From the NCBI GenBank assembly GCA_030704615.1, contig CM060734.1, forward strand, positions 33,108,001 through 33,172,000: DNA of 64,000 nt. Direction: 5' to 3'. How positions within the stretch are numbered: the stretch's first letter is position 1; the number at the start of each line of letters is the position of its first letter. Positions 35,070 to 47,589 of this stretch are shown one piece after another. Below the pieces are notes generated by a model, which saw only the letters and a list, made by a program, of their open reading frames with translations, was not told the DNA's origin and made no database searches. The DNA is from Takakia lepidozioides. Its lineage: Eukaryota; Plantae; Bryophyta. The position numbers were made by a program, and so were the translations under genes.

Positions 35070-38000
35070 GGAAAACGAGAGGGGCGCGATGGCGGAGCTG
35101 CGAGACAACCTCCAACAGTCATCTGAAAACTTCTTCCATCTCTATCAAATCCTATCGACTTCCTGCCTACTTTACTTACATCAAATAGCAAATATTCCCA
35201 AGCTTAGCTTTCAAATGATTTGCACATTACAAGTTTTTGTTTGGTTCTCTTTCAATACTTTCTTCTACAGTGTTCATCCTAACATCTTGCTTCCTTTCAT
35301 CTCCATCTTGGCTACCTGCATCATCCCTAATCCTCCCTCCCACCACAACCGTCTTTAGCTTCTAAGCCGTTCGCTTTCTACAGTGACGTTTCCCGCCCAT
35401 ACCCCCCTCCTCTACTTTTTCCGCCAACCCCTCTCTTAAGATCCATGTCTCTCACAACCAGCGGAATCCTTAAAACACCTTCTGTTTTGTTAACTATGGC
35501 TCCCGGAAGCAACCAGCTGCGTAACAATGAGAAGTTGGCGACTCGTGGGAACATCAAAGGGCAGTAGAGCCAGCACAGAAGACCCACCCCCTCGTCTGGT
35601 ACGGGCTTTTTTATGGCACACCAAGCTCGATCCAGGATAGCTTCTGCCAGTGGTTCAGTAAGACATCCCTCCCCTCCCACTCCCACCAACCCTCTCTCCC
35701 CTTCCCAACCACTTCTCAAAATGCCCAGGTTAAACTCCTTCATTCCAAACTTTCCGAACCCTCCAGTAGACTGGGAAGAAGAGAGCGCTCTTAATCAAGA
35801 TGATCTGGACAAGGACTACCCCATGATCAACATGAACATCTCGGAACTGCAAAGGAGAGTCACAACAATGGAAGAGACAGGTATCCTCATTCACTTTCCG
35901 GGGAAAAAAGTGGATAGGGCAACAGTCAGGGATTGGGCCATCAGACACCTTGGCGGTAATGGAGAATTGAGGCAGCTGTTCTGCCATGCCAAAGGAAGGG
36001 GGTTTTTCTCTATCATCTTTGAAACAAAAGAGGCGGCTAATGAGGCTTTGTTGTTTAACCCTCATACCAAGGGGTTTAATGTCAACATATTTCCGTGGTC
36101 TCCTAGGATGGGGAACAGGAACGGAAAGTTGTGGGGCCCCCGCATCGTCTCACTCCCAAAGATCCCAGATCAGTACTTGGTGAACTTGGCAGACATTGCA
36201 AACCATTTCGGGTCTTATCTTGGATGCTTGGCTGTCTTTGACCCCCAAATGTGCACACACAACCTAAGACAGGACCCAGCATGGAAATCAGTAACTATTG
36301 CTTCTCGACTTCATGAAACTGGAAATGCCAAATTTGTCTTGATGATGCCAGATGAGGATATTCTCCCACAATTTGTTAAACTGCCAATAGATGAGGAGGG
36401 TAATTACTTTACAATCCAACTCATAGAGGATACCACCTATGCGGCTTGCTTCAACTGTGGCCAGTTAGGACATCTCATAATCGACTGCTTGGCAGCCAAG
36501 CGCAAGCGAACCCAGCCCATGACCCTATCCAAACCGCGGAGACAAGAACAAGGAGGGGGCCCAGAATCAGCAGCGGATCACTGGCAGGAATTACAGTCTC
36601 CCACACCACAACCCGAGGCTGCAACAATTCCTGGAGGGCAACAAACCCGGCACAAAATACCAAATGACCCTCTACAGCTCAGATCATGGCAAAGCCCCTG
36701 AAGGGAGGAGACACCCAAGGATCCGATGCAAGAAGAGCTGATGGTCCACCAGCAACAGATGAATGCCATCACGAAAGGGAAAGGGAAACTTACGGAAACA
36801 CAGCAGCAGGGGGCATCTATCGGCCAAGGAAAAGGAAAGCATCATGATAGCTCACCCCCAAGAGTAGTCAAATTGACACTCCCTACCAGTAATTCCTTCC
36901 CCAAAATCACCACTGGAATCGCTTGTAATTCCAGGTTTGCTAACAACTGTCGCCAAATCGGCTCATTCCCACACCTAAACTTGGTGGGATGCTCAGCACT
37001 GGAAATTGTCGACTCCCCGAAGGCAGCATGTGTGACACCCTTGATCTTTCGAAAAATCAAACCCCCGGCTATCCTCATTACATCGGACGACTGGGAAACG
37101 GTCGAATCATTATGGATAACATCAGCAGATCTCAAGCATTTCCTGCAAACCAACCCACCCCAATACCAATTCGCAAATTCTGTTCAAGGGGAAAATTCAG
37201 CAGTTTTTCCTCAAGCAACAAAAACATTATTCACTTTCACCCCTCACCAAAATCTCATGGGGGGCATACATGGAAGACTATCCTGGACTTAGTGACAAAC
37301 CTTCAATCACATTCTAGCTCTCATGGAGGATGCAGAAATTTATGCCTCGCCTCCACCGATAGAGGCTATCTGGACTTATGAGGACCTGCTCTCAACCCCC
37401 AGAGGGAGTCACAGTTTGCAAATTCGAAACCAGGATACCCTGATAAATGGGTTTCAATTGCTGGGAGCCCACTTGGACTCTGAAGTGGATGGGGAAATTA
37501 CAGAATGGAGGTTTAAAGGACAAGAGATCATATTAATGGCACCAGACAGACAGATCACTCTCACTCTTCCTCAGACTCCCACATGGAATCTTCTACGCAA
37601 GAGAAGAATCACAACATGATGGACTCGGTGAAAGGAGCCAAACAAGTATCCTCCCCAACAATCATTGACACAACCCAGGCTAACTCGCTGCCGAACTCTC
37701 AGGTGACTCCCTCCTCTCCACCTTCCCCAAACAAGGTACCATCCTCTCTCTCACCCTGTTTCATTTATCAGGTCTTATCTGGGAACCCTGCTAGATGCTG
37801 GATGTTATGCGAGAAAGAGAAATACGCGGGGGGGAAGCAGGTCAAACATAGGCTACCAGTGTTTGATTTGCCAGAAAACATACCCTCTGGAACTCTTCCC
37901 TCCGATGGCTCAATCAGTGAGAGATACCCTGGTTTTAACGATCTTTTCAACGCGGTGTTCTTCCCGGCTGAAGCCTCGGTTTTATTTGTAACCATCTCCA

Positions 38001-41000
38001 CAGTGTCTACAGAACAATTCCTTTCATCCCATGACCTATCCAAAAACACAAAACCAAGAGGGGTTTTCACACTCATCCAAAACAAAACTCGCAAACCCCC
38101 GGACAATTATGTTTGGAAAAAATCCCTGCGACCAAGAGAGAGTAGGGTTAAATTCTTCTATCACACTTCTAGGCTATCAAATGAGACTGTCAGCCTCAGC
38201 CTACCTCGACCTGCCAATGATCTTTAACCTCCATTCATGGAATATAAGAGGGTTGGGAGCAGACCCAGCTTCTCTAGAAAGGCTGAAAATCAAAACCTGG
38301 CTGACTCCCTTCCTTGCCAAATCATTCCATCATATTCTTGCAGGAGCATAAACTAGATCAAGGGAAAATAGATAGCCTCACTGATTATCTATGGCCATTA
38401 GCTAACTCCTTATGGAAACCCACTTCCACGGGTACGAAAGGAGGTACTGCAATACTTCTTTCACCTACCATTCAACCGTTCCTCACAACGCAGGACACCT
38501 GGCTCCCCGGAAGATTGCAATTTTGTGCCTTATCCCTACCCAACTCAGCAGGTTATGCTTTGACCATGCACCAATTACCCTCTCCATAACCCTACCAGAC
38601 TCTTACAGAAGGGGTAGAGGCCTTTACAAAATAAATAACCTCCTCCTTAAGCTGCCAAGCTTCAAGCAAGGCCTGCTAAGGGCTTGGACTCAGGCGGGAA
38701 GTGACCTCCTCGACCCTACGCATCTCTTCCTGGCCAAGCTGAAGGCTGTCAATATTGAAAGTCAGAGGATGAGTCAGGAACTAGCAAGCATCAGGAAGAG
38801 GAAGGTCATGGCCTTAAACAAATGCCTCAAAGTCTGTCAATCGAAAATATAATCCACTCACTGTGATGAAGACACATACCGTACATATGTCCAAGCCAGA
38901 AACAACCTTGACATTCATCACAAAATCTAGGAGAGGAAGTGGAAATTGCAGGCGGGTGTCAACTGGTCCACAAAAGGAGAAATGTGCCTCTAAACAATTT
39001 CTGAGCTCATTGAACAGCCATCAAGCACTTCAACTTCTACACCAAAGGCCATGGCCATGCTGGCTGGCAGGCACTTCCATAATCTTTTTCATAGTGACCT
39101 CGACTCCCTGCAGCCAACAGAAGAACAAACATCCTGTTTGATACACACCCCTACCCTGTTGTCCCACCAGTTCGCCTCCCAACTAGAAGGAGAGTTCACA
39201 GATATAGAGCTGGGTGAAGCATTATCGAAACTACAGAACAACAAATCCCCAGGCATAGACGGTTTATCGGTGGAATTTTACAAAGCATTGTGGCCGGAAA
39301 TCTCCAGGGATTTCACTGCAATGGCAAACCACGTGTTTCAACGGGGACACATGCCCACAATTATGACACAAGGAGTTATAAAAAGGGTGATAGAACAAAC
39401 ATAACGAATTATCGGCCCATAACCCTCCTCAATGTAGCTTACAAGATAGTGGCGAAGGCATTGGCCCAACCTCTACTTCCAACTATAATTAGGCCAAATC
39501 AAACAGGGTTTATCAAGGGTAGATACATATTGAGCTAGAACAGACCAAGCTATTACCCTCCTCCTTTTAGACTTTGAGAAGGCTTTCGATCGTGTTGAAT
39601 GGTCATACCTGCTGGCAGCCTTGGCCAAATTGGGTTTTCCCCAATCCTTCTGCAAATGGGTCTGAATATTACTCATCGATGCATCTAGCAGAGTCTCAAT
39701 CAATGGCCATTTATCAGCTTCGTTCAATCTGCAGCACTCAGTGAGGCAAGGGTGTCCCCTCTCACCTTTCCTGTTTCTGGTGGTAGCAGATACACTCGGC
39801 TATATGCTACAGTAAAATCAGTTTATAAAGGGCCTCAGGGTCACTAACTACATTACCAGGCAGTACAATTTCTTGGTGGACTCGATGTTCGTTGATGATA
39901 CCTTTTTAATGTTGCAAGCCACCCCGGAAAACCTGGACCAGGCAGGGTTTACCTTGAACAAGTTTTGTGCAGCATCTGGATTCAAAGTAAACTGGAATAA
40001 GACTTCAGGTCTACTGGTAGGTGACCTCTCAAAATCCACAATGGGATCCCCGCCCTCATGGGGAATGGATCAAGGGCTAAGGTGGCTCAAACCTGGGGAA
40101 ACCACCACACTACTGGGCTACACATATGGAATTGGTCTGACAGACCAACCAGATTCGCCATCAACACCACCTCCCTAAGACTCACACTTACCTCTACAGA
40201 ACCTTTGACAATCCAAACTATGCCTCTCACCCCAATCCGTGTCTACTGCTGGACAGCCCCAGATAAGGGTATGAATCCCCAGCCACCCCTCACTATCACC
40301 ACTAGAGCTTGGCTAGCAACCAACTCCTTTGTATGGATTTTGTGTAGGCCGCTGGCAGAATTGGATATTGACCCCTCCGAATGGTTATGGAAATTCAACA
40401 CCACCCCAGAACCCTTCTTTGCATACACAACAAGAAAGGGCTACAAAGCCCTGTCAGTCACCCAAACCATGAACAAGAAATGGGAATAAAAATGGGGGCT
40501 CTACAACTTCCGCGATGACAACTAGAAAATCATTTGGGGCTCAGTGTGGATCAAAACCTGGCCATCAAAGATAGCAGCTTTCCTTTGGCAGGTTGTTAAT
40601 AGGGTTCTCAAAGTGGGGGAATGCCTACAGTTCCAGGGAGCCCTCTTGTGTGCTTGTTGTTCCACTGCAGTATTGGAATCCATCGAACATTGCCTTCTCT
40701 CATGTCAAGCACCAGCCAAAATCTGGCCATATGTTAAGTCATTCTATAGATATTGGGATAGAAGACAGCTCACGGATACAGACCTCCTTCTTAACTATGA
40801 CCCAGCTTCCAAGAATAGAACCCTAAATTGCCTAGTGTTTGAAACCCTCAGAGCCTCTACGATGTGGCATTTATGGAAACTACGTTGTAAGAACACTTTC
40901 CAAGGCCACACAACAACAACATCCTCTCTCCTTGCTACTGTATTTTGGGACTTACAAACTGAGGCTAGGAAAGCATGGGGCAAACTCTGTGCAGACATTG

Positions 41001-41580
41001 AACGCGACGCCACGAATGCAGCTGCGCTCCACAAGAAGTTTCAACACACTTAGGGCAGACATGGCCTCATATGCAGCAGTCCTGTGCAAGACCAATGCAG
41101 CTGGAACGAGCTCCCCCCTTAAGCCTGGCGAGATCTCCGGGCACCACTCCACTCTTTCCCCGGAGTTTGAACGGGACAAAAAGTGGAAACATCAAAAACC
41201 ATCATCGACTGCTTCTAAGCTGCACTATAGATAGATCTCTCTCTCAGCCCCCCCCCCCCTTATTCAAAGATCTTCTTACTCTCTCCCGACATCGCTTTCC
41301 CTGCGTCATCGTAGACAGGGTAGGGTATGCGTTGTTAAGATTTAGGTCTCGGGCAGAGAGCCCTGTTTTTTGGTCTCTTGGACTTTCCTCCAATCGGAGG
41401 TGTTTAGCTCCTGGATCACAGATCTTTGTGTAAGTGTCCATCAGTAGTGGCACGGTATTTTGTTCTCCAGACTTAATCTCCATCAAGAGATGATTGGCTC
41501 TCAATACACTGAATATGGTGTGTGCCTTATGGCGACAATGGGGTTTTAATTTTTTTCCCCTCAATAATTATCAATAAAGT
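35070..41580 (+). mobile_element. L1/Tx1-type LINE, near full length and degraded (ORF1 RRM/DUF4283-like with zinc knuckle; ORF2 EN-RT-zf-RVT)
   Basis: ORF1 (35613-36701) has KGRGFFSIIF and CFNCGQLGHLIIDC. ORF2 starts near 38217 with MIFNLHSWNIRGL, then LQEHK, KSPGIDGLSVEFYK, NYRPITLLNVAYKI, LDFEKAFDRV, VRQGCPLSP, MFVDD and C..C..ESIEHCLLSC. The 3' UTR ends in AATAAA at ~41574. Confidence 0.9.
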
Positions 41581-41597
41581 AACCAGGGATTCAATTT

Positions 41598-41622
41598 TTA
41601 TATATATATATATATATATATA
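41598..41622. repeat. (TA)n microsatellite between two LINEs
   Basis: About 12 TA units. Confidence 0.95.
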
Positions 41623-41649
41623 CATGACCTAATAACAATTTGTATGGCC

Positions 41650-42910
41650 TGACGAAAGTTGGTGATGGAGGAGGAGGAGAGCTCCGCGTTCTGCGGTGAG
41701 AGAGAAAGCTTCCTCAACGGCTTCCCCCAAGCTCTCAAGTCCTCAACCCTTCCTGCAGGCTTAACTTATCGCCCTTGTCTTCGGGCCTGTTCTTCGGCTT
41801 TGCCACCTATTACTATCGCTTCAAGAGAATACATCATCACCCGAATGCGCTTCTGGGACAACCCCATTAACATCAAAATTCCTGTTAAGGTTTCTAACGA
41901 ACTTCCCACCTTCATCCCTTTTGCTCGCACGACGTCTTATCCCTCTCATGAATACACATCAGCCTCCTTAATGCAGGGCCGCCTTTTCTCTGATCCCTTC
42001 TCTAATCACCTCCAATATCCAGGCCTCATCCAATAGCCTTCGACCTCTCTCATGGAAGTTATGGCCCCCGACAGGCTCTGTCAACATCAGCCATGCAGCT
42101 ATCTCACATCCTAAATTCCCACCACCTTAGCCCTTCCCCTGCAACTCTATGTCCTTCTCTCCTACCTCCCCTTCCCGCCCTCTCTCTCACTTGCTCAACT
42201 CGCTTGAGATTCTTCTTGCATTTGGCAAGAGAATCGGCATTCCCTGGCTCTCACTCAGCCTATCTAGCACAAATTCTGGAAGTTTGCTCATCGACGGTTT
42301 GTGTCCGGTTCCTCTCGAGCTCTCCTTCTATCTAATTCAAACTGGTCGCTTGACATGGGACCCATTCTCAACAGAGCCTTTGGTGCTGCAACCTCCCGTT
42401 CGGGCCCAAGCAGACTGGGAGAGTCTCACCGCCCTCCCCCATCGACGGGCACTGGCTTTTTACCCAGGCTCAATCCAAAGGTTTGATAAGTCACGATCCC
42501 TCAACCTCTACCTTCAGACCTGTTTCTGCTTTACCAAATTTCCAATTGTCCGCTAGTTGATGTTGGGCTGCTGGATCAGCTGTATAGCATAGTTTCTACT
42601 TTTAAAAGCAGGGGAGTCCTTCTTCACTTCCCGGGGAAGAAGATCAACAGAGACTTAGCTAGAGAGTGGGTTATAAGGCATCTTGGAGGAGCAGGGGACC
42701 TACAGCCGCACTTCTGCCACTCAAGAGGAAGAGGCTTCTACTCGATTGTGCTGGAGTCTAAAGAGGCAGCTGATCGGGTGCTGGCTTTCAACCCACAACT
42801 GCATGGCCTCAACGTTAATATTTTCCCATGGTCCCCATCCATGGGCAATAGAAATGGGAAGGTCTTGAGTCCTAGGATCATTACGCTTCCCTACATCCCT
42901 GATCAGGAGG
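41650..42910 (+). mobile_element. 5' part (ORF1 remnant) of a second L1/Tx1-type LINE of the same family
   Basis: 42610-42906 aligns with LINE ORF1 at 35875-36175 (cttcacttccggggaagaaga ~ ttcactttccggggaaaaaag; aacgttaatattttcccatggtc ~ aatgtcaacatatttccgtggtc; atccctgatcag ~ atcccagatcag). Confidence 0.7.
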
Positions 42911-43139
42911 TTAGCTGAGCGGCATGAGCGGAGTAGTAAGACAATCGGTTTTCATCAGCAGAAGTACAAATTTCGAAAATAAAAAACAATAAAAAAACAA
43001 TAAAAAACAATAATTTAATGCAATGTGTCAGGAAAAACAAATATATTATTCGGCCCCTTGAAGGAAAATTGTAGTTTTGACAGTTGTGCTCATGATATTT
43101 CGTCTTCCGCTCATGCCAATTCCCAGCGACATGTGCAAA

Positions 43140-43570
43140 TATGGCGCCGAATTTCGCGGTAATAGGGTCCGTAACCTGAAAAAACGGCGATGTATTTCGC
43201 GGTAATAGGTCTCTCTGGTGAAAAATGGTGCCGAATTCCGCGGCTATAGGTCCCCTCATGACAGGTAATTCGGCGCCATTTTTCCAGTGCATGTTCGGAC
43301 TTAGCCAGTTTTTGGCGCAAAATAGGGAAATTCGGCGCCATTTTTCCAGACACTGTACCAGTGCATGTTGGGACTTAGCCAGTTTTCGGCCCAAAAAAGA
43401 GAAATTCGGCGCCATTTTTCCAGACACGGTACCAGTGCATGTTGGGACTTAGCCAGTTTTCGGCCCAAAAAAGAGAAATTCGGCGCCATTTCCCAGACAC
43501 AGGTACCAGTGCATGTTGGGACCTAGCCAGTTTTCGGCCCCAAAAAGAGAAATTCGGCGCCATTTTTCCT
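43140..43570. repeat. 74-bp tandem repeat array (4-5 units plus degenerate copies) containing GAAATTCGGCGCCATTTTTC
   Basis: The motif recurs at 43328, 43402, 43476 and ~43550, a period of 74. Confidence 0.92.
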
Positions 43571-43726
43571 GAAATGGCCCCACAACTGCTTCTGTTGGAT
43601 CTCAGTTTGAATGCAATATTGCCTCATTCCAGGAGTTTTGGGGTGCATTTCATTACACTGCAAAAAAAAGTCTGATACAGCAAAATGCAATTGAAAATAT
43701 CCATATGGAGGATTCCCTTTGCCCCA

Positions 43727-46700
43727 TCAATGATTTGTGGAATCCCCAAGGAGGAGTTTGTGCAGCTCGTTCACGCTCAACGCCGGTGCATGAATAAAGT
43801 CATCAATAGTCACGTTCATCCTCAACCTCTTCAAGTAAATGTAATACAGATGCTTGCACGGATAATACTTCGAACCCTTCTTTGCTTCCATCAACGAGAA
43901 GTCCGTACAATTGCAAGTCGGCTCCACTCAAATCATAATTGTGTATACATCGTCGCGTACAACCAAGCCGGCCGTTGCCATCCGATACACACGCCCAAGG
44001 CCGGATGGGGGTACGTCCACAGAGCTCTGAATAGTGCAAGCCATCCCAAGAGCATTGGCAATCCGAGTCTCATTCAACTTGTTGGGAGGGTGTCGTCTCT
44101 TCACTCTTCCGAATGGCATTGTGGGATGTGCAGAATTGTCCAATCCGTCTCTACTGGACCGAGCAGTCTGCAATGGCTGGGTCTGAGGAACCGGAAATGC
44201 GTGGGCCGGGATGTCTGTGCGTTGCACCATTCGAAATCCTGCTGCAGATAGAGCATCCGCCTCATTCTGAGAGAGGCTGCAACCCAGTGCAACAGGCCAG
44301 ACGCCCAGAGGCTCCGGCATTCCCTGAATCCCGTACTTGGGCTTGCCAAATACACAGGTCATTATGTCGTGCCTACAGAACCAAAATGTCTGCGTTGTGG
44401 CGTGAGCAAATGTGGGAGTGCAGGTACAGCACCGTGTGGGTTCCTCCGAATCATCTCACCACAGCGTGCTCTCGTATCCACCCGGATGGCGCAGCACTTC
44501 CCTCGAAATGCCGGCAATGTCCTCACAATTCTCCACTGTGACTTCGACACTCTTGTCTCCACAATGGGAATGTTGTACTACTTTACTACAGATGGCTCGT
44601 TATGTTGCCGGGGCACGCGCCCTGTGCTCAAAAGAGATGACGATCTTGAATGTGCAGGACTTGCGGTGCTCGACGAGACCTCCTCAGGCAACATCACCGG
44701 ACCACGAGGGAGCGTGCGAATATTCTTGTCAACTCGCCATGAATGCTCTTCTCCGCCAGGTGCCTCGTCAAGTCTTCGTCTCACTAGACGGGTATGAACA
44801 TCTCCTTCCAAACGTTGGCCTCTTCGCAGCAATGGCGTGTCCCGAAGGCCCTCTCGCAAGGCCGCCGCCCACTTCCGAGGATTCTTCGATCTAGAGGCAG
44901 TCCGCATCAGCATTTCCTGCCTGTCCGGCCCCAAGCCCCACTGTTTCCCTTTCAAGAACTCGTTGTACCTGCATTGCTGCATAATTGACCTCACAATGTC
45001 CTCCGTTGTGGCAGTGAGGATGTCCACCAAATGCGCCGCAGAGGAGGCATGCCAGGAAGAGTGCATTGATTCGGCCATGTTTGTCGTGGGCATGTCGGTG
45101 TCGGAGTCGAGACACATTTCCTGCACAAGCACATGTTGAGGTTACAAGCAAGTTACAAATATGGCCAAGAATAATATTCAACGGGACGCGAATTCGTGCA
45201 ACTCACCTCCCGCATATAGTCGCTGAACTGGAGGAAACGATAATGCCACCATGCTAGCCAACTGACCATTGCTCCCTCGTCTGATTTCCTTACAGCACCT
45301 GACGATGTCCACCAAGCCCGTATACATGCAAACTGTGTCTCTGCATCATCCAAGGTGGGAGCGCGCTTCCACGCGAGGCACATGGAACGGTGCTCCTCTC
45401 TGAAATCTGGCGCCACGAGCCTGGTTGTGTACTGCGAAAGGCTCTGCAGAAAATGGAACCCACAAGATCTCTCCTTGCCTTCCATGGGAACATTGGGGTC
45501 TTGCCCGTACACCTTCGGATGGCAGCCCAATTTGCTTGTGCGTTGTCCGCCATGAAACCACGGAAATTGGGAGGGGGCAATCCCGCCTTGGCCATCTGTT
45601 CGTTTATTCTCTGCCAAAGAAGCATCTCCGATTGTGTGTTCTCTCCTTTCATCTCACAAATAGCAATTGTCATTAGCATCCTGCAGTGGGTGTCGTAGAC
45701 ATGTGCACCCATTGTCACCCACTGGTGATTTGTAATTCGCTTGATATGGTCGAACATGACCCAACTGTTTGACAAGTCCCCACTCGTCATCCTGTCGACC
45801 AGTTCGACGCCGCTGCCAGGTCCACACGTGGGCATTTTGAATACGAAACAACGATCTGCCTCAGTCCCTTGTCCTGGAAACCTACTTCCATGAATGTAGT
45901 CATATCCACATCGTCGCTTCACCTCCAGAATGGAGTGCATATCCGAGCCACGCCCAATTTTCTGTTTGCATGAGACAATGTGGTTTTGGACATTCGGTGA
46001 ACATACGTGGGACACCGACTCCAGCAATGCCTCCATTTCCTTTTCATCGAGAGGAACTCTATCAGAGCCGTCTTCCGACATAATTCTGGCCAATGCCATC
46101 TTATGGGCGGCTTGTAGCTGTATCTGTTTGGGTTTGGCACCCGGTCTCAACTTAACCTCCTCCTGAACGAGCTGCTCTGCCTCGTGGGCAGCCTCCCGCG
46201 AGTTCCCCCTCGCCAATTTGTGACAATGGGAACCAACGTGTATGCAAGCTCGGGTGAGGTCAGGGAAACGGTGCAACACATAGAACTGCTTGGCATTACA
46301 AATAGACATGCAGTGTGGTGGTTCTTTGCAATGCGCACACTTAAATGTGGAGTTTGGAACCTTCTCCTGAGTTCGAAATGGTTGATGAGCTGTGCCTGTC
46401 CAATCGGTCTCGTTCCTGTGACCTCTGGATTTAAAGTGGAAGCAAGTTGGGGAGAAACACCGCAACGCGCCCGCACAAACAACGTAGCACACCCACACAC
46501 CATCGAGCATCTTCATGCTGGTAGTTTTGGTAACGCACCAAGGATGACCGTCATGTTTTCTATCCATATCTGTCAACATTCCGGACGCCCTCGAGTAGTC
46601 CGCCCGAGGAGGGAACTCAAAGAAGATATTACCGTCGACGTCGGCGGGAAGGCATGTAACCGATTTAATTGCGAACTTGCTGTAGTCCAGCCCGGCCAGC

Positions 46701-47308
46701 TCCAACCGGTGTCCCTCCAGGTGAAGCCCTCGTAGAATTTCAAGAATAGATCGAACTGCGGTGCTCGTGCTGGGAATATGACTCCCTCCTCCACTGACGT
46801 CCATTGAGGACTTGCCTGATCTCCAGGACGACCTCGGAACTTCCATGACCTCGTCTGAGTCGGACAGGTTGTGAACAACCCGGTTCTCGCTCGTCTTCAT
46901 GGATGGGTTCGGCTCTGGATTTACTTCGTTGCGGACTTCTCTCTTTGAGGTAGCCACTCTCTGATTCGCGGATTGTTTCGTGGAAGGCGCCAGGATAGAA
47001 GGTGCATTTGGCGGGCAAATGAAGTCCCCAACAGCCCTGTATATAACGTTGTCCGATGGTGGAACTCGCCATTCCCTGCCATCGCCGAAATCATCGTGGA
47101 GCACAACAATACTCTCGACAACAAGGCCGTTTGAGTCCTTCCTTTCCTCCTCCAAAAATACCGACCCCGGTTTCAGGTGGTATCGAACGCACAGATATTT
47201 CTCCATCACCCGACAGATGTCCCCTCTGCACGGAAATGAAGCTCTATGCTCGTGAGGAGGGCAGTACACTGTAGCGCTCGGGTTTTCCACCATGGGAGAT
47301 GTGCACAC
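43727..47308 (-). pseudogene. Mutator-like transposase (~1150 aa when reconstructed): GCM-like Zn domain, DDE core, SWIM finger; one intron, two frameshifts, two in-frame stops
   Basis: A GCM-like motif reads DGHPW..CAGALRC..C..CAHC..C..HVGSHCH. The DDE/CxxH signature reads VMFDH, FMADN, CGFH and TTNMAESMH. The SWIM finger reads CNCTDF..CKHLYYI. An intron gtgag..tgtgcag lies at ~45122-45208. Stops are TAG at 44578 and TGA at 43928, both in frame. Confidence 0.82.
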
Positions 47309-47589
47309 AAGACTGCCAGGATGGCGTGCGGGGAAGCTCCCTGGTAGAAGGGGGATGCAGCGATGGGAAGGAATGCGGTGCCGATTTGTCCGAGCGACGA
47401 AGCCTGATCCAAATCCAGGGAGCCAACTATCTCAAAAATCCAGAGTCAGAGTGTTAATGAACCTTGTCTCCGGAATGCGGCCCTTGGTCTTTGCGCTATA
47501 ACTGCCAACGGTATGCAGTCAGAAAGTGGGGGGCCGTCCGGATGATGGCGGCTGAAGGGGAGAAGCCGGCACTGTGCCGTCACATTACT

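Noticed and set aside
35055-41625. Sequence-specific insertion of the L1/Tx1 element into (TA)n
   Set aside because: TA runs occur on both sides, but no exact TSD can be defined and the other copy ends in poly(A) without TA.
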